A stretch of 64,000 bases of DNA from Octopus sinensis (GCF_006345805.1 NC_043002.1:116560001-116624000), one strand, 5' to 3'. Counted from the stretch's first letter, positions 37,745-50,725 are shown. The notes: generated by a model not told the origin, from the sequence alone. Numbers and translations are program-made.

Positions 37745-40045
37745 TATATGCTTTATGTATGTATTCTCATGTCTATTGTTGCATAACTCATATTTAAATG
37801 ATAAACTTCTGGAAAGTTTTCGTCATTTTTACAGTTCCAGTGATAGATTGGATCTGTAGTATTTGAATTAGCTTTCTCCTTTCTGGCTTTTTGAGAAGCC
37901 TAATTTCTTAAGATTGGTATTTAGGTAGTGTGTTACATATCCTAGGGCGCCAACAATTACAAGCATAAACCTGAACTTGTAATCTGGATGGAGAAACTGG
38001 AGATTTCTCAATATTTCAGCATAGTTGTTCTCTTTTTTACTGATCTTCAGCTTTAATATCCTCTGGGCAGCTAATTTCCACAACTGTACACAGTTTCTCT
38101 TCTCTATCCCAAATCATTATATCAGGTCTGTTGTCCTTACTTTTTATTGCGGTCTTCACTGTTACATTCCACCAGTGTTCCTTTTTATTATGAGTGGCTA
38201 TGGCTCCTACCATATCGAGGGTTTTTATTTTTTGTTCTCGGGATTATATATCCGACGGATTTCATTATAGAGTGTCCTAGCTACAGCGTGATGTCTCATC
38301 GGTAGATAATGCCGTGATGATATTTTCGGACAACTGCTCATGATGTAGGTGATATCTTCAGTGTGAACTCCATAAAGTCTGCATCCTGGATCGCAAACGT
38401 ATAACCTTCAAAGTGGAAGGTAGTAATCCGGCTATTAGTCCATGGTAGACTGCTTAGAGGATTGATGTTACTATCTTCACGTAGCTTTCTACTAACATAT
38501 CCATGCATAGTCTTCTGCTCATATAGAATCAGCCTTTCATCTGATGATATATTGCGGTAGAGTCGTGCGACTTCTTTGGGCATTATTCTAGATTATCAGG
38601 CAGTGTTGCTCAAGGAGCTCCTTCCAATCTAATGATGCTATCAGCCTCATTTATGCAAACTTGATCAAGGGATGCACTTGGACACTTGGTGGTTAAAAGA
38701 TGTTGTTGAAGAGATATGATCGACATTCAAAAGCATTTTGGATCGATGTTAAACCTCTGCCGCGTTTTAGATAGAAGCGGTCTACGTCACTGTTTATGTG
38801 GAATTTATGTGTGCTTGTTAGTATTTTTCGGCTTTTCGAATCAATGGCTTGGATCTCATCAAGCGTCCAATCAAGCAGCCCAAACATTGGTATGAGTACT
38901 GGTACTGAAAATACATTGTGCGCCACTCTATTATTGGATGCAGAGAGTTCTGAGGTCCAAACTTTCTTTATTCGGCTCTAATATTCTTTAGTGACGTGTT
39001 TTCTTACACCCCTAGATACAGGGAAACAGTCAAATCATTGATGGAGATGTTACTAGTCTGGTTTATAGTTTTCCCCCTTTTCACAACCATATAACAACAT
39101 TTATCTTAACCAAACTCCAACCTACATCCTTTGAAAATGTTGTAATTAGGTCAAGGCTCTTTTTCATCTCATGCATATTCTTTGCATAAAGTTTTAAATC
39201 ATCTACAAAGAAACAGTGTGTAATTTTGGTATCTCTGTTTCATTGTGAACCAGTGAGATATCCTTCAGACTTCCTTAACGAGAATGACAAGGGGTTTACA
39301 GAAAGTATAAACAACATCACAGAGAGGCTGTCTCCTTGGAATATGCCTTTGCGATACTTTATTCTATCGGTGATAATACATTCACTCTTTGTGTTTAATT
39401 TCAAGATAGTGACCCACGATAAAGTCAGGTCAGCTACGGCTTTGACTATTCTCACTGGAATTTTAGCAAGTTGAAGGGCTTCTAGCATCCATGTGTGGGG
39501 AAGAGTAAAAGGTTTTCTCGTAATCTAGCCACATTGAAACTAGGTTCCTCCTATGCTCTCGCACCTCTGACATCACAGTTTTGCTGATTAATAATTTCTC
39601 GGCACATCCCCAGACTCCCTTCTTCCCAGCTGCTTGTTCTGTTGGGATAATGTTATTGGTTTCACAATGATCTTGGAGGAAGAGGTTTAAACATGCTGTA
39701 TATATATTATACATTAAGTTCTGGCATGCAATTGGCCGGTAGTTTTTTCCCATGTGGGTGGTTCTGCATTTGGGTATCAATTTTCTTCTCTGCCAAAGCT
39801 AGCCAGTGTGGTATGCTACTGTTTCCAATAAAAGCCTGCTGGTACAGATTGATAAGATATGGTAGGTAGAAAGTTAGCTTCTTGTACCAATATCCAACAA
39901 TCAAGTCTCATCTAGGTGCTTTTCTTTTCTGGAGTTTCTGGATCACAGTTGCAAAACTTTCACCATCAATGTTGTATGTCTTTGATGTAACGCAGGAGCA
40001 ATAACTTTTTCGGATTTCTTCCAGTCACAGAGCATCTTCTTTTCA
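37745..40045 (-). mobile_element. 5'-truncated R4/Dong-clade LINE (RT and restriction-like endonuclease), frameshifted
   Basis: NYRPIACQN, EQAAGKKGVWGC, WLDYEK, GIFQGDSLS, HCFFVDDLKLY, RHDAVA, NRPDIMIWD, KENNYAE, VIVGALG. Confidence 0.92.
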
Positions 40046-40210
40046 CTCCAGCCAAATTTCCCCCAGAAGGAGTTTAAGTCTTCTCGTGAAGGGGCTTCTG
40101 TAATGTTTGTTGATCCTCTTATGTCTCTCTATACTGCTGCCTGCTTGCGTTATGTACCTACATACGTACTTATGTATGCATGCATGCATGTGTGTATGTA
40201 TGAATGTGTG

Positions 40211-40283
<73 letters not shown>

Positions 40284-40689
40284 ATTGCTTTTTCTTTCGA
40301 AAGATTATAGAACTTCTTCGAAGTGCTCAAGTTTGATGCGAGGCGCTAGATACTAAATAATATAATTTAAAAAGAAACAGAAATTAGATAATTATCTTGT
40401 ATTTATGACATACATTAATACAACATATACATTAAGACATTCAGAACATATTAAAATTATTATTTAAGAAATAAGAAATAGAAATAAGAAATATATGAAA
40501 AAAGAATATACATGAAATATAAGCAACGAAAAATTCGATATGTGGAGTGATATAGCGAATATAAGAAAACATTAAAAATTAAAAGTTAGAAATTACATTG
40601 ACATTTGTTTCAATAGTTTTAAAATATATAACGGATTATAATAACAGGTAAGAGGTATTTCTACGGCCGTTTCGAGAGTCTATTTGTCT

Positions 40690-41545
40690 ATATGGGAATT
40701 ATAAAATTCACGTCTTACTATGGATGTTATCCTACCATCTTGGTCGTGGTGTATCCCCGTGTCTCCTACCGGTTGATTTTCCCTGTAAAACCTTCTCGGC
40801 GATTCTTTCTTGGGACATTTTTCCCACATGTCCGTATTATCCAAGCTGCGATCTCTCAATCTGGAGGGGCTCGACATTGAGCGCGTCTCTGATGTCGGAG
40901 CTTCGCATTCTATCGAGTAGAGCTACTTCAGGGATAATTCCGAGGAATACCATTTTGGCCGCTTGTATTCACAATAATATTTTTTCGCTCATTATCCATG
41001 ATCTATGACCATAATTAAGCGTAGGCACGAACATGGAATTGGAGATATTGAACTTGACTGTTACACTTGCTTCCCGTTTCTGATGACCGGATGCTGAAGC
41101 AGGCGTGTAACTGCACTGGCTCCCGCAATTCTTGTACCATTTTCAACCTCCTGCCTTGTATTATCCGTGGAAATGGCCCCGATATACATGAACCCCTTCA
41201 CTTGCTTCATTGGCACTCCTCTCTTGTGTAGAATGCAACGCACAAGCTTCCTTGCAAGACGATCGTCTGTCTTCGCAGCACTTATTTTCTTTCCTGCTAG
41301 GCAGCACTCAGCAGCAAACCTATCGAGCACATGTCGCAGATACCTTTGGAGGAGTTGATTAGGACTATATCGTCTGCAAATTCTAGCCGACTGGCCCCAT
41401 ACTCACCGGTTTCGATACAACACTTCCAATTCTGTCAATTCTGTCCATGGATATTATGAGCTGGAGAGGAACATCATGTGCCCTTGCAGTAAAGCGACGC
41501 CCATATTGAATGACTTCTACTTCGTTCCATTTATCCGAACACAGA
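40690..41545 (-). mobile_element. 3' fragment of an RTE-clade LINE (RT C-terminal half)
   Basis: IISMDRI, LQTI(ADD)..MLDRFAAECCLAGKKISAAKT, FMYIG, IERSQLG*YGHVGKMSQERIAEKVLQG..PRPRW*DNI. Confidence 0.85.
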
Positions 41546-41551
41546 TCTAGA

Positions 41552-41615
<64 letters not shown>

Positions 41616-41814
41616 CATTCACCAGTATCTTTTCACTCTGACATTTCCACAGCGTGTAACCGCTTATTTAGCTAAATGAAACTCCGCCAAGAGATAAAAT
41701 TTTTGACTTTGATGGCGGAAGTAATGCAGAAAAATCTTTGTATAAATAGTGCAAAGGGAATAAGAACAGCAGTAGAAGTAATATTAGTTTCAAATTTTGT
41801 CACTAGGACAGTAT

Positions 41815-42240
41815 TTTCGGGAGAAGGGGGTAAGTTGGTTACATCGACCCCACTGCGCAACTGATACTTATTTCATCGACTACGAAAGGATGAAGGTTAA
41901 GTTCGGCGGAATTTGAACTGCGAAAGACGGGTGAAATGTCGCTGAGCATTTTGTCCGGCATGCTAACAATTATGCCATCTCGCTGCCTTTGCAATATTAG
42001 TAATATTGGTAACAATAATAAGAATGGTTTCAAATTTTGGCACAAGGCCAGCAAGTTCTGGGGGATGGGTAAAGTCGATTACATCGACCCATTGTTCCAC
42101 TGTTACTTATTTTATCGAATCTGAAAGGATGAAATGCAAAGTTAACCTCGGTGGAATTTGAACCCAGATCGAGAAGACGGACGAAATGTTGCTAAATATT
42201 CTGCTCGGCATTGCTAACGACTGTGTCAGCTCGCTGTCTT
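41815..42240 (-). mobile_element. Two tandem SINE family B copies
   Basis: gaaaggatgaa..aagtt..cggcggaatttgaac..gacgg..gaaatg repeated twice. Confidence 0.8.
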
Positions 42241-42289
42241 AGCGTTACTTGTTATACAAATGATAGCAATAATAATTTAACAGAAAAAG

Positions 42290-43109
42290 AAGGTACCAGA
42301 GGGGTGATGCATACCCTGCGCGCAGATTAATTGTTTCGCAATATATATTTTCGCTTAGAATTCGTTGCTTACCCATGTTTTTTTAATTGAACGGAATTAT
42401 TTTTTTAAGTATCACCATTATAGGTATTTATAATCCGGTGAAATTAAGAAATCAACTCATAAATAAACGAAGCCTTCGAATCCAAAACAAGAGAGCGGTG
42501 TTCTAATCCGCGTCGTACGAACGAGAAATTATCTGAATATAATTTTTCGTTCGCACACATACATACACACATACACACATACATACACACACATACACAC
42601 ACACACATACACACACATACACACACATACACACACAGAATCGCATATCTATGTATGGATTTATGTATGTACCCATTGGTGTCTACATGCTTCGGTACAC
42701 CATGATCTATACATACGCAGACGAGGGTTGATTCATATGAAAAAGAAAGAGAACAAAATGAAATACAGAAAATATTGCATAGAATTTGAGAAGTGCTTCA
42801 CCACTATAAGTATTTATACTGCGGTGAAATTAAGAAATCAACTCGTAAATAAACGGAACCCTCAAATCCGTAAGTGCACACACACACACGCACGCGCGCG
42901 CGCACACACAGAGTCACATCTCTTTGTGTGTATTTATGTATGTTTGGAGATAATCAAACAAAATTTTCATCATTTCGAGCCACTCACCTAATGGGTATTT
43001 TTGCAAAATTTGGAGAAAATCCGTTCGGCCGTTTTCCAGTAATCTTGCAAACACGCAAAGACGAGTGAATACAATGCCCTGCTTCCGCTTACGCGAGCAG
43101 GGTAGTAAT
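42290..43109 (+). mobile_element. Helentron/DINE-like non-autonomous element (HINE-type)
   Basis: 3' end aaatttggagaaaatccgttcggccgttttccagtaatcttg..gaatacaatgccc followed by hairpin gccctgct..gagcagggt (43076-43103); internal (CA)n tracts; 5' end uncertain. Confidence 0.5.
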
Positions 43110-43749
43110 TACTACAACACCAACCACTGCTACCACCACTGACACCACCACTAACAACTGCAAAATTAATTTCGTATTCAGGTACAAGACTAGCAGCTTT
43201 CAGAAGAGCTTAGTCGATTCATTAACTCAAGTGCTTCGGTGATACTATATTTTATCGTTCTTAAAGGGATGGAATTTAACTTCGGCGGTATTTGAACAAA
43301 GTCTGATGTCACTTCTGTGCCTGTAGATTCTATCTCAAACCGGTAAAACCCCTCGATAAAAATGCGTGACCAAGGACATCTGGGAGTAGTCAACAGACAC
43401 TGATCCGAGAACCCTCCGAAAAAGACGTGCCAATTCGTTTTATCGACGTCCAGATCTTCCTCGAGAACATCGTCGCTCTCTCCACTCTGCCCTCAATATC
43501 ACTCTGTAGATAGGTAAAGTAGTTTTAATAGCAACTCGATTAACTGACTGATATATAGCAGTAAGCATCTGAGGAGATCCCAGATTTCACAAGTCCAGTC
43601 ACCGTCTAAGCTGCAACTAAGGCTGCAGTTCAGTCAAGAAAAAGTCTTTCGGGAAAATGTACCTCACGAACGATGGCTACACATCATCACAAAATTTCTG
43701 CGGGGAGCTTGGGTGAGTGTTTGGGTGCATGCGTATACATAATACCTCA

Positions 43750-44105
43750 AGGCTTTAGTATAAGATCAAACTGTAATAATAATTAGTTGAAAAAATCACC
43801 AAGTACTCCGTATTCAAATTGGAAATGGCAAGACTGTATGGAATGCGAGAGAGTAAAGTAAAAGTGATACCAGTGGTGATCTGAGCGTTAGTCTCAATTC
43901 CATTGAAACTTCAAGACTGCTTAAGGCAACTGAAAATCCCATGCAAGATTGATGACTTGCAAAAAGCAGCTTTGTTGGACACAGCGCACACCCTAAGGAA
44001 AGTACTATCTGTCTGAGGTCCTTGTTGCGATTTGAGAGATGACTAAAGACTCCGGTGCATTTTTACCTACACTGTGCTACGAATGAGTGATAATAATAAT
44101 AATAA

Positions 44106-44156
<51 letters not shown>

Positions 44157-44219
44157 TGATGATGATGATGATGATAATAATAATAATAAAAATAATAATA
44201 ATGATGATAATAATAATAA

Positions 44220-44265
<46 letters not shown>

Positions 44266-44284
44266 TATTATTATAATAATAATA
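43750..44284 (+). mobile_element. 3' stub of an R4/Dong-clade LINE with (AAT)n tail
   Basis: EKITKY..VKVIPVVI*ALVSIP..LQKAALLDTAHTLRKVLSV*, then 3' UTR and ~200 bp of (AAT)n. Confidence 0.85.
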
Positions 44285-44841
44285 AATGCCCTGATGCAGT
44301 ACCAGGCAGTGGCTCTCATGGCTTCTGATCTTAACTGATTGGAAGTGTTATCACGTACATTGTTTAGTCTTGGTATAAAAGATGGGCTACAGCAAATATT
44401 CTGCTCAATACCACAGATTTGCTTGTCAGTTGTTTGACTTTAACCGGTTGAGCATGTCCCTTAGTGGCTGACAATATGTGCATCTCTGATCACGAGCAGA
44501 AGTAGTGGGGGAGCATCATAGCCATGTATTGAGAGGGATTCTTTGGGGTTTGAATAATTCACCTCTGGAAACGTGGGTGGTTCTTTCAATATCCTTAAAC
44601 AACCCTTATTCAGGGACCTTTTGAGCGCGATGGGCTACTCAACCTGAAGAAAATTCTAACTGGGCCCCACCTGCAAGGTCATGTGCTGTTTATCTTGATA
44701 TGAGATCACCATGTCGCGCACATATGGTTGTGATGCATGTGCCTGGTGTACCCTTATCAGACGGGTAGTCATGATGGGTATATTGGGCTTCGTATATTTT
44801 ACCCCAGTGTCACTTTGATGGCATGAACTGCTCTCTCACAC
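44284..44841 (+). mobile_element. ~555-bp non-coding interspersed repeat flanked by (AAT)n (family D)
   Basis: Reverse-complement copies at 52178-52736 (full) and 51816-52149 (5'-truncated). Confidence 0.85.
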
Positions 44842-44849
44842 AATAATAA

Positions 44850-45262
44850 TAATAAGATCTTGAAATAGAAATCAGCAAAATATGGAACCTGAAGACTGAA
44901 ACAATACCTGTTGTCATAGGTGCCCTGGGAATGATAGCAAAAGGGGCTGATCGCTACCTAACTCAGATACCAGGAAACCCCAAAATGGCAGAAATTCAAA
45001 AGATAGTACTCATGGGAACTGCTCATATCCTACGCAAAATACTTTCTATGTAACCTCAAGTTTTAAAACAAACCTAATTTTCGTTTTTTTTTAGGCATTC
45101 ACTAGTACAACACCCAAAACCCCCCCAAATATATGGCACACTAGGCATAACAACAACATGAACTTCCAACCTGTTGTCTCTTGAGGTCTCTGGGTGAGAC
45201 TTGGAGCCAACTTGTACAAATATAAAGCAAAAGTCAAACATAGAATAATAATAATAATAATA
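44850..45262 (+). mobile_element. 3' stub of a second R4/Dong-clade LINE with (AAT)n tail
   Basis: DLEIEISKIWNLKTETIPVVIGALGMI..IQKIVLMGTAHILRKILSM*. Confidence 0.9.
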
Positions 45263-45284
45263 GTGATTTTAAATTTTAGAATAA

Positions 45285-45474
45285 AGCCAGTCGTTTCGGG
45301 GAAGATGTAAATCGATTAGATAGACCCCAGTATGCAACTGGTACTCATTTTGTCGACCCCAAAGGATGAAAGGCAAAGTCAACCTCTGCGGAATTTGAAC
45401 TCAAAACGTAAAGACGAATGAAATGCCGCTAAATATTTTGTCCGGCATGATAACCATTCTGCCAGCTCGCCACC

Positions 45475-45543
<69 letters not shown>

Positions 45544-46015
45544 TAATAATAATAATAATAATGGTGATGGTGGATCAAATTTTATCATAAGGCCAGCAAT
45601 TGAGGAGGGGATAATTGATTACATTAAGCTCAGTACTTGACAAGTTTTTATTTTATCGAAAGGATAAACAGTAAAGCTGATCTCAGCAGTATTTGTACAT
45701 AAAGGTAAAATGCCGGAAGAAAAGCCACTAATCCTTTTGTCTCAGATGCAAATAATTCTGACGGGAGTCAGAAGTCGATTACATCGACCCCGGTGCTCAA
45801 ATGGTATTTATTTCATAGACCCCTCGAAAGGATGAAAGGTAAAGTCAACCTCGGTGGAGTTTCAACTCAGAACATAAAAACCGGACGAAACAATAATAAA
45901 TCTTTCTATTACAGGCATTTAGGGAGACGGGTATTCGATTACATCGACACCAGTGCTTGACTGTTAATTATAGTACTGACCCCAAAAGGTTGAATGACAA
46001 AAGTCAGCCTCAGTG
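45285..46015 (-). mobile_element. Cluster of 4 SINE family B copies or fragments
   Basis: Repeated tcgacccc..aaaggatgaaaggcaaagtcaacctc..ggaatttgaactc. Confidence 0.7.
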
Positions 46016-46179
46016 TCTAGGTTTGTGGAGTGACTATGCATATTTATTAATGAAATTTGAGTATAATTCATCCTGCAGTTAATTAAAAGCTGCAATATTT
46101 CATACAAATAATTTAGCTTACACAGGCCTTAGTATTTAGCGACAAAGACGCTATTTCAATGCTTCGAATATGATATAAC

Positions 46180-47830
46180 TACCAGTAAAATGGTTTGCTT
46201 CTAATAAGTAAGATTATATAACTGTTTGCTGGTTAGAAAAGAAAAAATTTGTGAATTTATTACCATAACTAAGGAGAAGCATGTCAACATTCATATGACT
46301 CATCCGAGCAAAATTTTCGCCACTTCCCATGAACCTCTTACAATGTCCTCCTTTAGCAACTACACCACCTACACAAAAAACCGCCCATGAATAACAGCAA
46401 CTGTCTATGTACATATAATGCAACTACCTTTAAATGGAGATTGAGTGGTTAGCGTTCAGTTACATAAAGGTGAATATATCTTGGGTGGTCTTTGAGAGAC
46501 TTGTGTATCCTTACTTTTCATACAGCTATTCAGGCTGTTTCTCACAGTAGTATTTATTTTAGTAAATTTACTCTCGTGTTTTCTTTCAAATTATTAGTGT
46601 GTTTGATATCAATATTGTGTGTGTCTTGATGATTAGTGGAAATAGAAACTCTTTTTAAAGAAATGTTCCGTGCTAGCATTCTGTATGCTTGAATACGAGT
46701 TCGAAAAGTTATTATTCCATCCGCTTTTTTATGTATGGTTTACGGTATTTGGTACCGTGTTAGACAATCTATTTATACCTCTAAAATTAAGTTGAGTGCG
46801 TGAGGGTACCTAATCACTTTTAATTCCTAGAATCTTTCTTGATAGATTGAGGATTTTTATATCTTCTAAAAGTTCATGTTTCCGTTATTGTATGAATGAG
46901 TGAAAGCGTTTTTATTACACATTGAATTAGGGCTAAATTCAGTGAACGGGTAAATTTTCAGAGAACCTGGAGTAGTCGATAGAATCAACGATATTAGCTG
47001 TTGATGAGTATGAGGCTTTCACTGTAAAGTCATTAAGAATACAATATTTATGCCGAAGTTGAATGTTTTCCATTAATCTATCAAATAGATATACCTAGCT
47101 TATTACGTGCTTAACGCATAGTTATACCATGTTACATTTCTTTATCTAGTTTTCTTACTGTAAGTTTTATCCAGAATCATTCATTGCAAAGTACTTATCT
47201 TATTATTATAATACTTAGATTTTGGTCTGTTACCATTGTTTCCACTACTTTTAGAATTTTGCACAGAATGTAGTCTAGCATCACCAACATTAAAGTTATT
47301 GCTTCCATTCATTTTCCCGTTATCGGATACGATATTATCGGATGCACTTATAATGATACCATTATTAACTAGATTAAAATTAGAGTTTACGTTAATATGT
47401 GCTTTTATCCCCTTATAGCGAGTAGCTGTAGTAGTTGTTCTTTTCTCAGCTACAGTTTGACACTTAGGTGAATTTATTATCCTATCAACAGTCCTCCATT
47501 CATCTTCACTAAAGAATTTAGTCATGTTATTATACTTATAGCTATTTATTCTTATGCTATAATCAGTAAGATTATTAATGGATGTAAGTTTAGTTTTAGC
47601 CTTATCGATTTTTAATGTAATTGTTTTTTTTTTCTACTTTCAATTGAATATTGATTTGGAGGAAAGGCAGATTATTTTTACTTACTTTTCGGAAGTAGTC
47701 GTCTTCACTGTCTGGTTTATTTGTTTATGGAATCAAGTCGTATATAGGGTATATTTTAAGGTGTTTATAAATAATAGTAAATACATATATAACGTTACTT
47801 ATATATTATAGTATAATTCATAGTAGTACC
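46180..47830 (-). mobile_element. Decayed Penelope-like ORF: N-terminal domain, linker and GIY-YIG relic, RT absent
   Basis: KFFSEDEWRTVDRIINS, Asn-rich stretch, RNVTWYN (47121-47141), FTVKASYSSTAN, SPFKGSC, FMGSGENF. Confidence 0.55.
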
Positions 47831-47965
47831 TTAGTATATTTCAATACATATGTGCATATAATAATATAAATATCTATGTATATATACGTTTGTATATTCG
47901 TTGTGCAAGATTCTTGATGAGAATCCGTGTGTTGAAACATGTTGTATTTGGGGATGGTCATGCTG

Positions 47966-48216
47966 CCAGTTTAGCCAATGAAAACACATGCACTATATAT
48001 TTGGTGTTCACTTGCTTCGGCTTTATTTTATATTAATTGTATTTTGGCAGCTCGTTAGTAAGGAGAGACACGAAAAAGAAGGAAGAAAGGAAAGGACCAC
48101 TTATGAGGTCACAGAAGTGTGACGAAAGAACTCTGTCGAAATACGATTAATATAAAATAAAACTGAAGCAAGTGAACACCAAATATATACTACATGTGTT
48201 TTCATTGGCTAAACTG
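47966..48216. repeat. Inverted repeat, arms 47966-48038 / 48146-48216; PLE pLTR-like
   Basis: cagtttagccaatgaaaacacatg..tatattaat and its reverse complement; degenerate HHR just left of it (47908-47949). Confidence 0.8.
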
Positions 48217-48239
48217 ACGAGCCGGACCAAAATGCATGG

Positions 48240-48670
48240 CTGTATTTCATCCATCATTACGTTCTGGGTTCAAATTCCGCCGAGACCGATTTTTGTCTTT
48301 CAATCCTTATGGGGAAGGCGTAAGAGGGCGAGCTGAAAAAAATCATTAGCACGCTCGACGAAATACTTAGCGGTATGTTTCCCGTCTCTACGTTTTGAGT
48401 TCAAATACCGCCGAGGTCGATTTTGCCTTTCATCCTCTCGAGATTGATAAATTAAATACCAGTGAAACTCTGGGGTCAACATAATCGACTAGTCGTCCCC
48501 CGCCGAATTTCAGGCTTTCTGCTTTTAGTAGAAAAGATTATTATGGGAAAGGTGGCGAATTGGCAGAATCGTTAGCACGCCGGACATAATGCTTAGTGAC
48601 ATTTCGATCGTCAGTACTTTCTGAGTTCAACCTCCACCGAGATCGACTTTACCTTTCATACCCTTTCGGA
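48240..48670. mobile_element. Nested SINE family B copies in both orientations
   Basis: ttcaaattccgccgagaccg, ttcaaataccgccgaggtcg, ggcgaattggcagaatcgttagcacgccgg. Confidence 0.7.
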
Positions 48671-48780
48671 GTATGTGTCAAGATCTGAAATGAGTATATA
48701 TAAATATATATATACCGGAGTAAACACATAAATGTGAAACAAGGTGGAAAAAAGAGTACTCAAATACCAGTGGTAGAGTA

Positions 48781-48938
48781 ATATGCTTTATTTTAAGCAG
48801 CAGAAAATTCAACAAAATCTGTTACTCTGAGTTTCTCGTTGCCGTTCATCAGACAGTTTTAGCAAAAACTGTCTGATGAACGGCAACGAGAAACTCAGAG
48901 TAACAGATTTTGTTGAATTTTCTGCTGCTTAAAATAAA

Positions 48939-48944
<6 letters not shown>
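48781..48944. repeat. Near-perfect hairpin, 80-bp arms, 4-nt loop; PLE pLTR-derived
   Basis: Arms 48781-48860 / 48865-48944, one mismatch. Confidence 0.93.
48869..48906 (+). ncRNA. Minimal type I HHR; mirror copy on the - strand at 48819-48856
   Basis: ctgt-CTGATGA-acggcaacga-GAA-actcagagt-A-acag; GCAA tetraloop stem II, palindromic stem III. Confidence 0.75.
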
Positions 48945-49026
<82 letters not shown>

Positions 49027-50021
49027 GTATAATATAAGACAATCTGTAAGTTATCATAATAGGACTCAGAGTTTCAAATGCCGGACCTAAGAGCTACAAT
49101 GCATTATCTTTTATATTTTACATATTTTGCTCTTTTCACTCGTTGGATGGCGGCCATGCTAGGACATACCCTTGAAGGGTTTAGTCGAACATATCGACCC
49201 AATAACTTATTTTCTAAGCCAGATAATTATTCTATCGATTTTTTCTTCAACAGTTAACTTAAGTATTGGTAAATAACAAACACAAACACAAAGAAACAGA
49301 CACACATATATATCAGTGTACAGGTATAAACATATACGTCTATATGTATCTATATATACTTTATATGTTTTGGGTATATAAATGTATGAGTGTATGAACA
49401 CGTATTATTTATATGTACACCTCATCGTCCGATAATGTACCTAGGTGCGTAAATGTACACACACAAACATACACGTACATAATATTATATATACATATAT
49501 ACGTATACATATACATGCATACATACATATATATATATGAACATATACATACATATATACATACATACATACATACTATATATATATGTGTGTGTGTGTG
49601 TGTGTACATTCTTTCCTTCTGTGTATAAATTCAAACGCAGACTCACATTTCTTTCAGTAGTACCGAGGTTGCCAATCCTCTTGCCAACACTGGTGTGTCT
49701 TGTCATCCGTATCTGAATTTCTTCTTAATTTCTTAAATTCTGGCTCTACAAATAATATCTTCTCACTTATTTCCTGTGCCAGCACCATTTCCATCAAAAA
49801 GTTGATGGGTTGTAAATTTCACAACACATTCACCCTAAATTGAAGTGATGATAATTACGTATGCATATATGTATGTGAATGTATGTGTACTTGTATGCCT
49901 CTGTGTATACGCACAAACATAATATAAATATGTATGCGTGTGTGTATATATCTCTTATGATAAAAGGCAGATTTTCTCTGCCTGTGACTATGTTTGTTTT
50001 TAATACAATTGTACAATATAG

Positions 50022-50725
50022 AATTTCTTCAATTGGAATTTACCTATCAGTTTTCAAAGTAGATTCGATTGGGTCATGGCATATAAATTTTTTTCAATTT
50101 CACCCCCAATTAAGCAAAAATTCGAGAAAACTCAATATTTTACGATTTGCCTCTCTCATTTCAAATGCTTTACTCCTTCTATTACCACACTTTCTCCTAC
50201 TTTCTCTTTGCAAGTAGGAAACAGAGAAAAAATAAGTACTTAACGATTTACTCCTCACACACACACATACACACGCAAACATATACATCTACTTTCTCTT
50301 TGCAAACCACTCCTCAACAAAAATAAACAGAGGAAACAGAAACAAATAAATACATAACGATTTACTCCTCACACAATTTCTTCAATTGGAATTTACCTAT
50401 GATTTTTCGAAGTAGATTCATTGGGTCATGGCATATAAATTTCTTTCAATTTGACCCCCAATTAAGCAAAAATTCGAGAAAACTCAATATTTTTACGATT
50501 TGCCTCTCTCATTTCAAATGCTTTACTCCTTCTGTTACCACACTTTCTCCTACTTTCTCTTTGCAAGTGTATACCACTATCATATCCTCTTTCTACTACT
50601 CTTATTCAACATCACACATCTGCTACTTTCTCTTATTAATGCTTAAACCACTCCTCAAAAAAAAAAATTTAAAGAGACAGACAGGAAACAGAACAAAATA
50701 AATACATAACGATTTACTCCTCACA
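50022..50725 (+). repeat. Imperfect ~353-bp tandem duplication
   Basis: aatttcttcaattggaatttacctat..aacgatttactcctcacac starts at 50022 and again at 50375. Confidence 0.85.

Noticed and set aside
40655-40682. Half HHR GAA-acggccgt-A-gaaata on the - strand
   Set aside because: The 5' core is absent, replaced by the RTE fragment end.
43360-43480. QGHLGVV..IDVQI, resembling a Gypsy integrase zinc-binding region
   Set aside because: Too short and frameshifted to call.
44885-44912. CTGAAGA-ct-GAA-acaatacctgt-T
   Set aside because: It lies in R4/Dong coding sequence (WNLKTETIPV) and has no stem II; a coding coincidence.
47908-47949. TTGATGA..GAA-acatgt-T motif
   Set aside because: U3-G8 mismatch to the covariation pattern and poor stem II; relic only.
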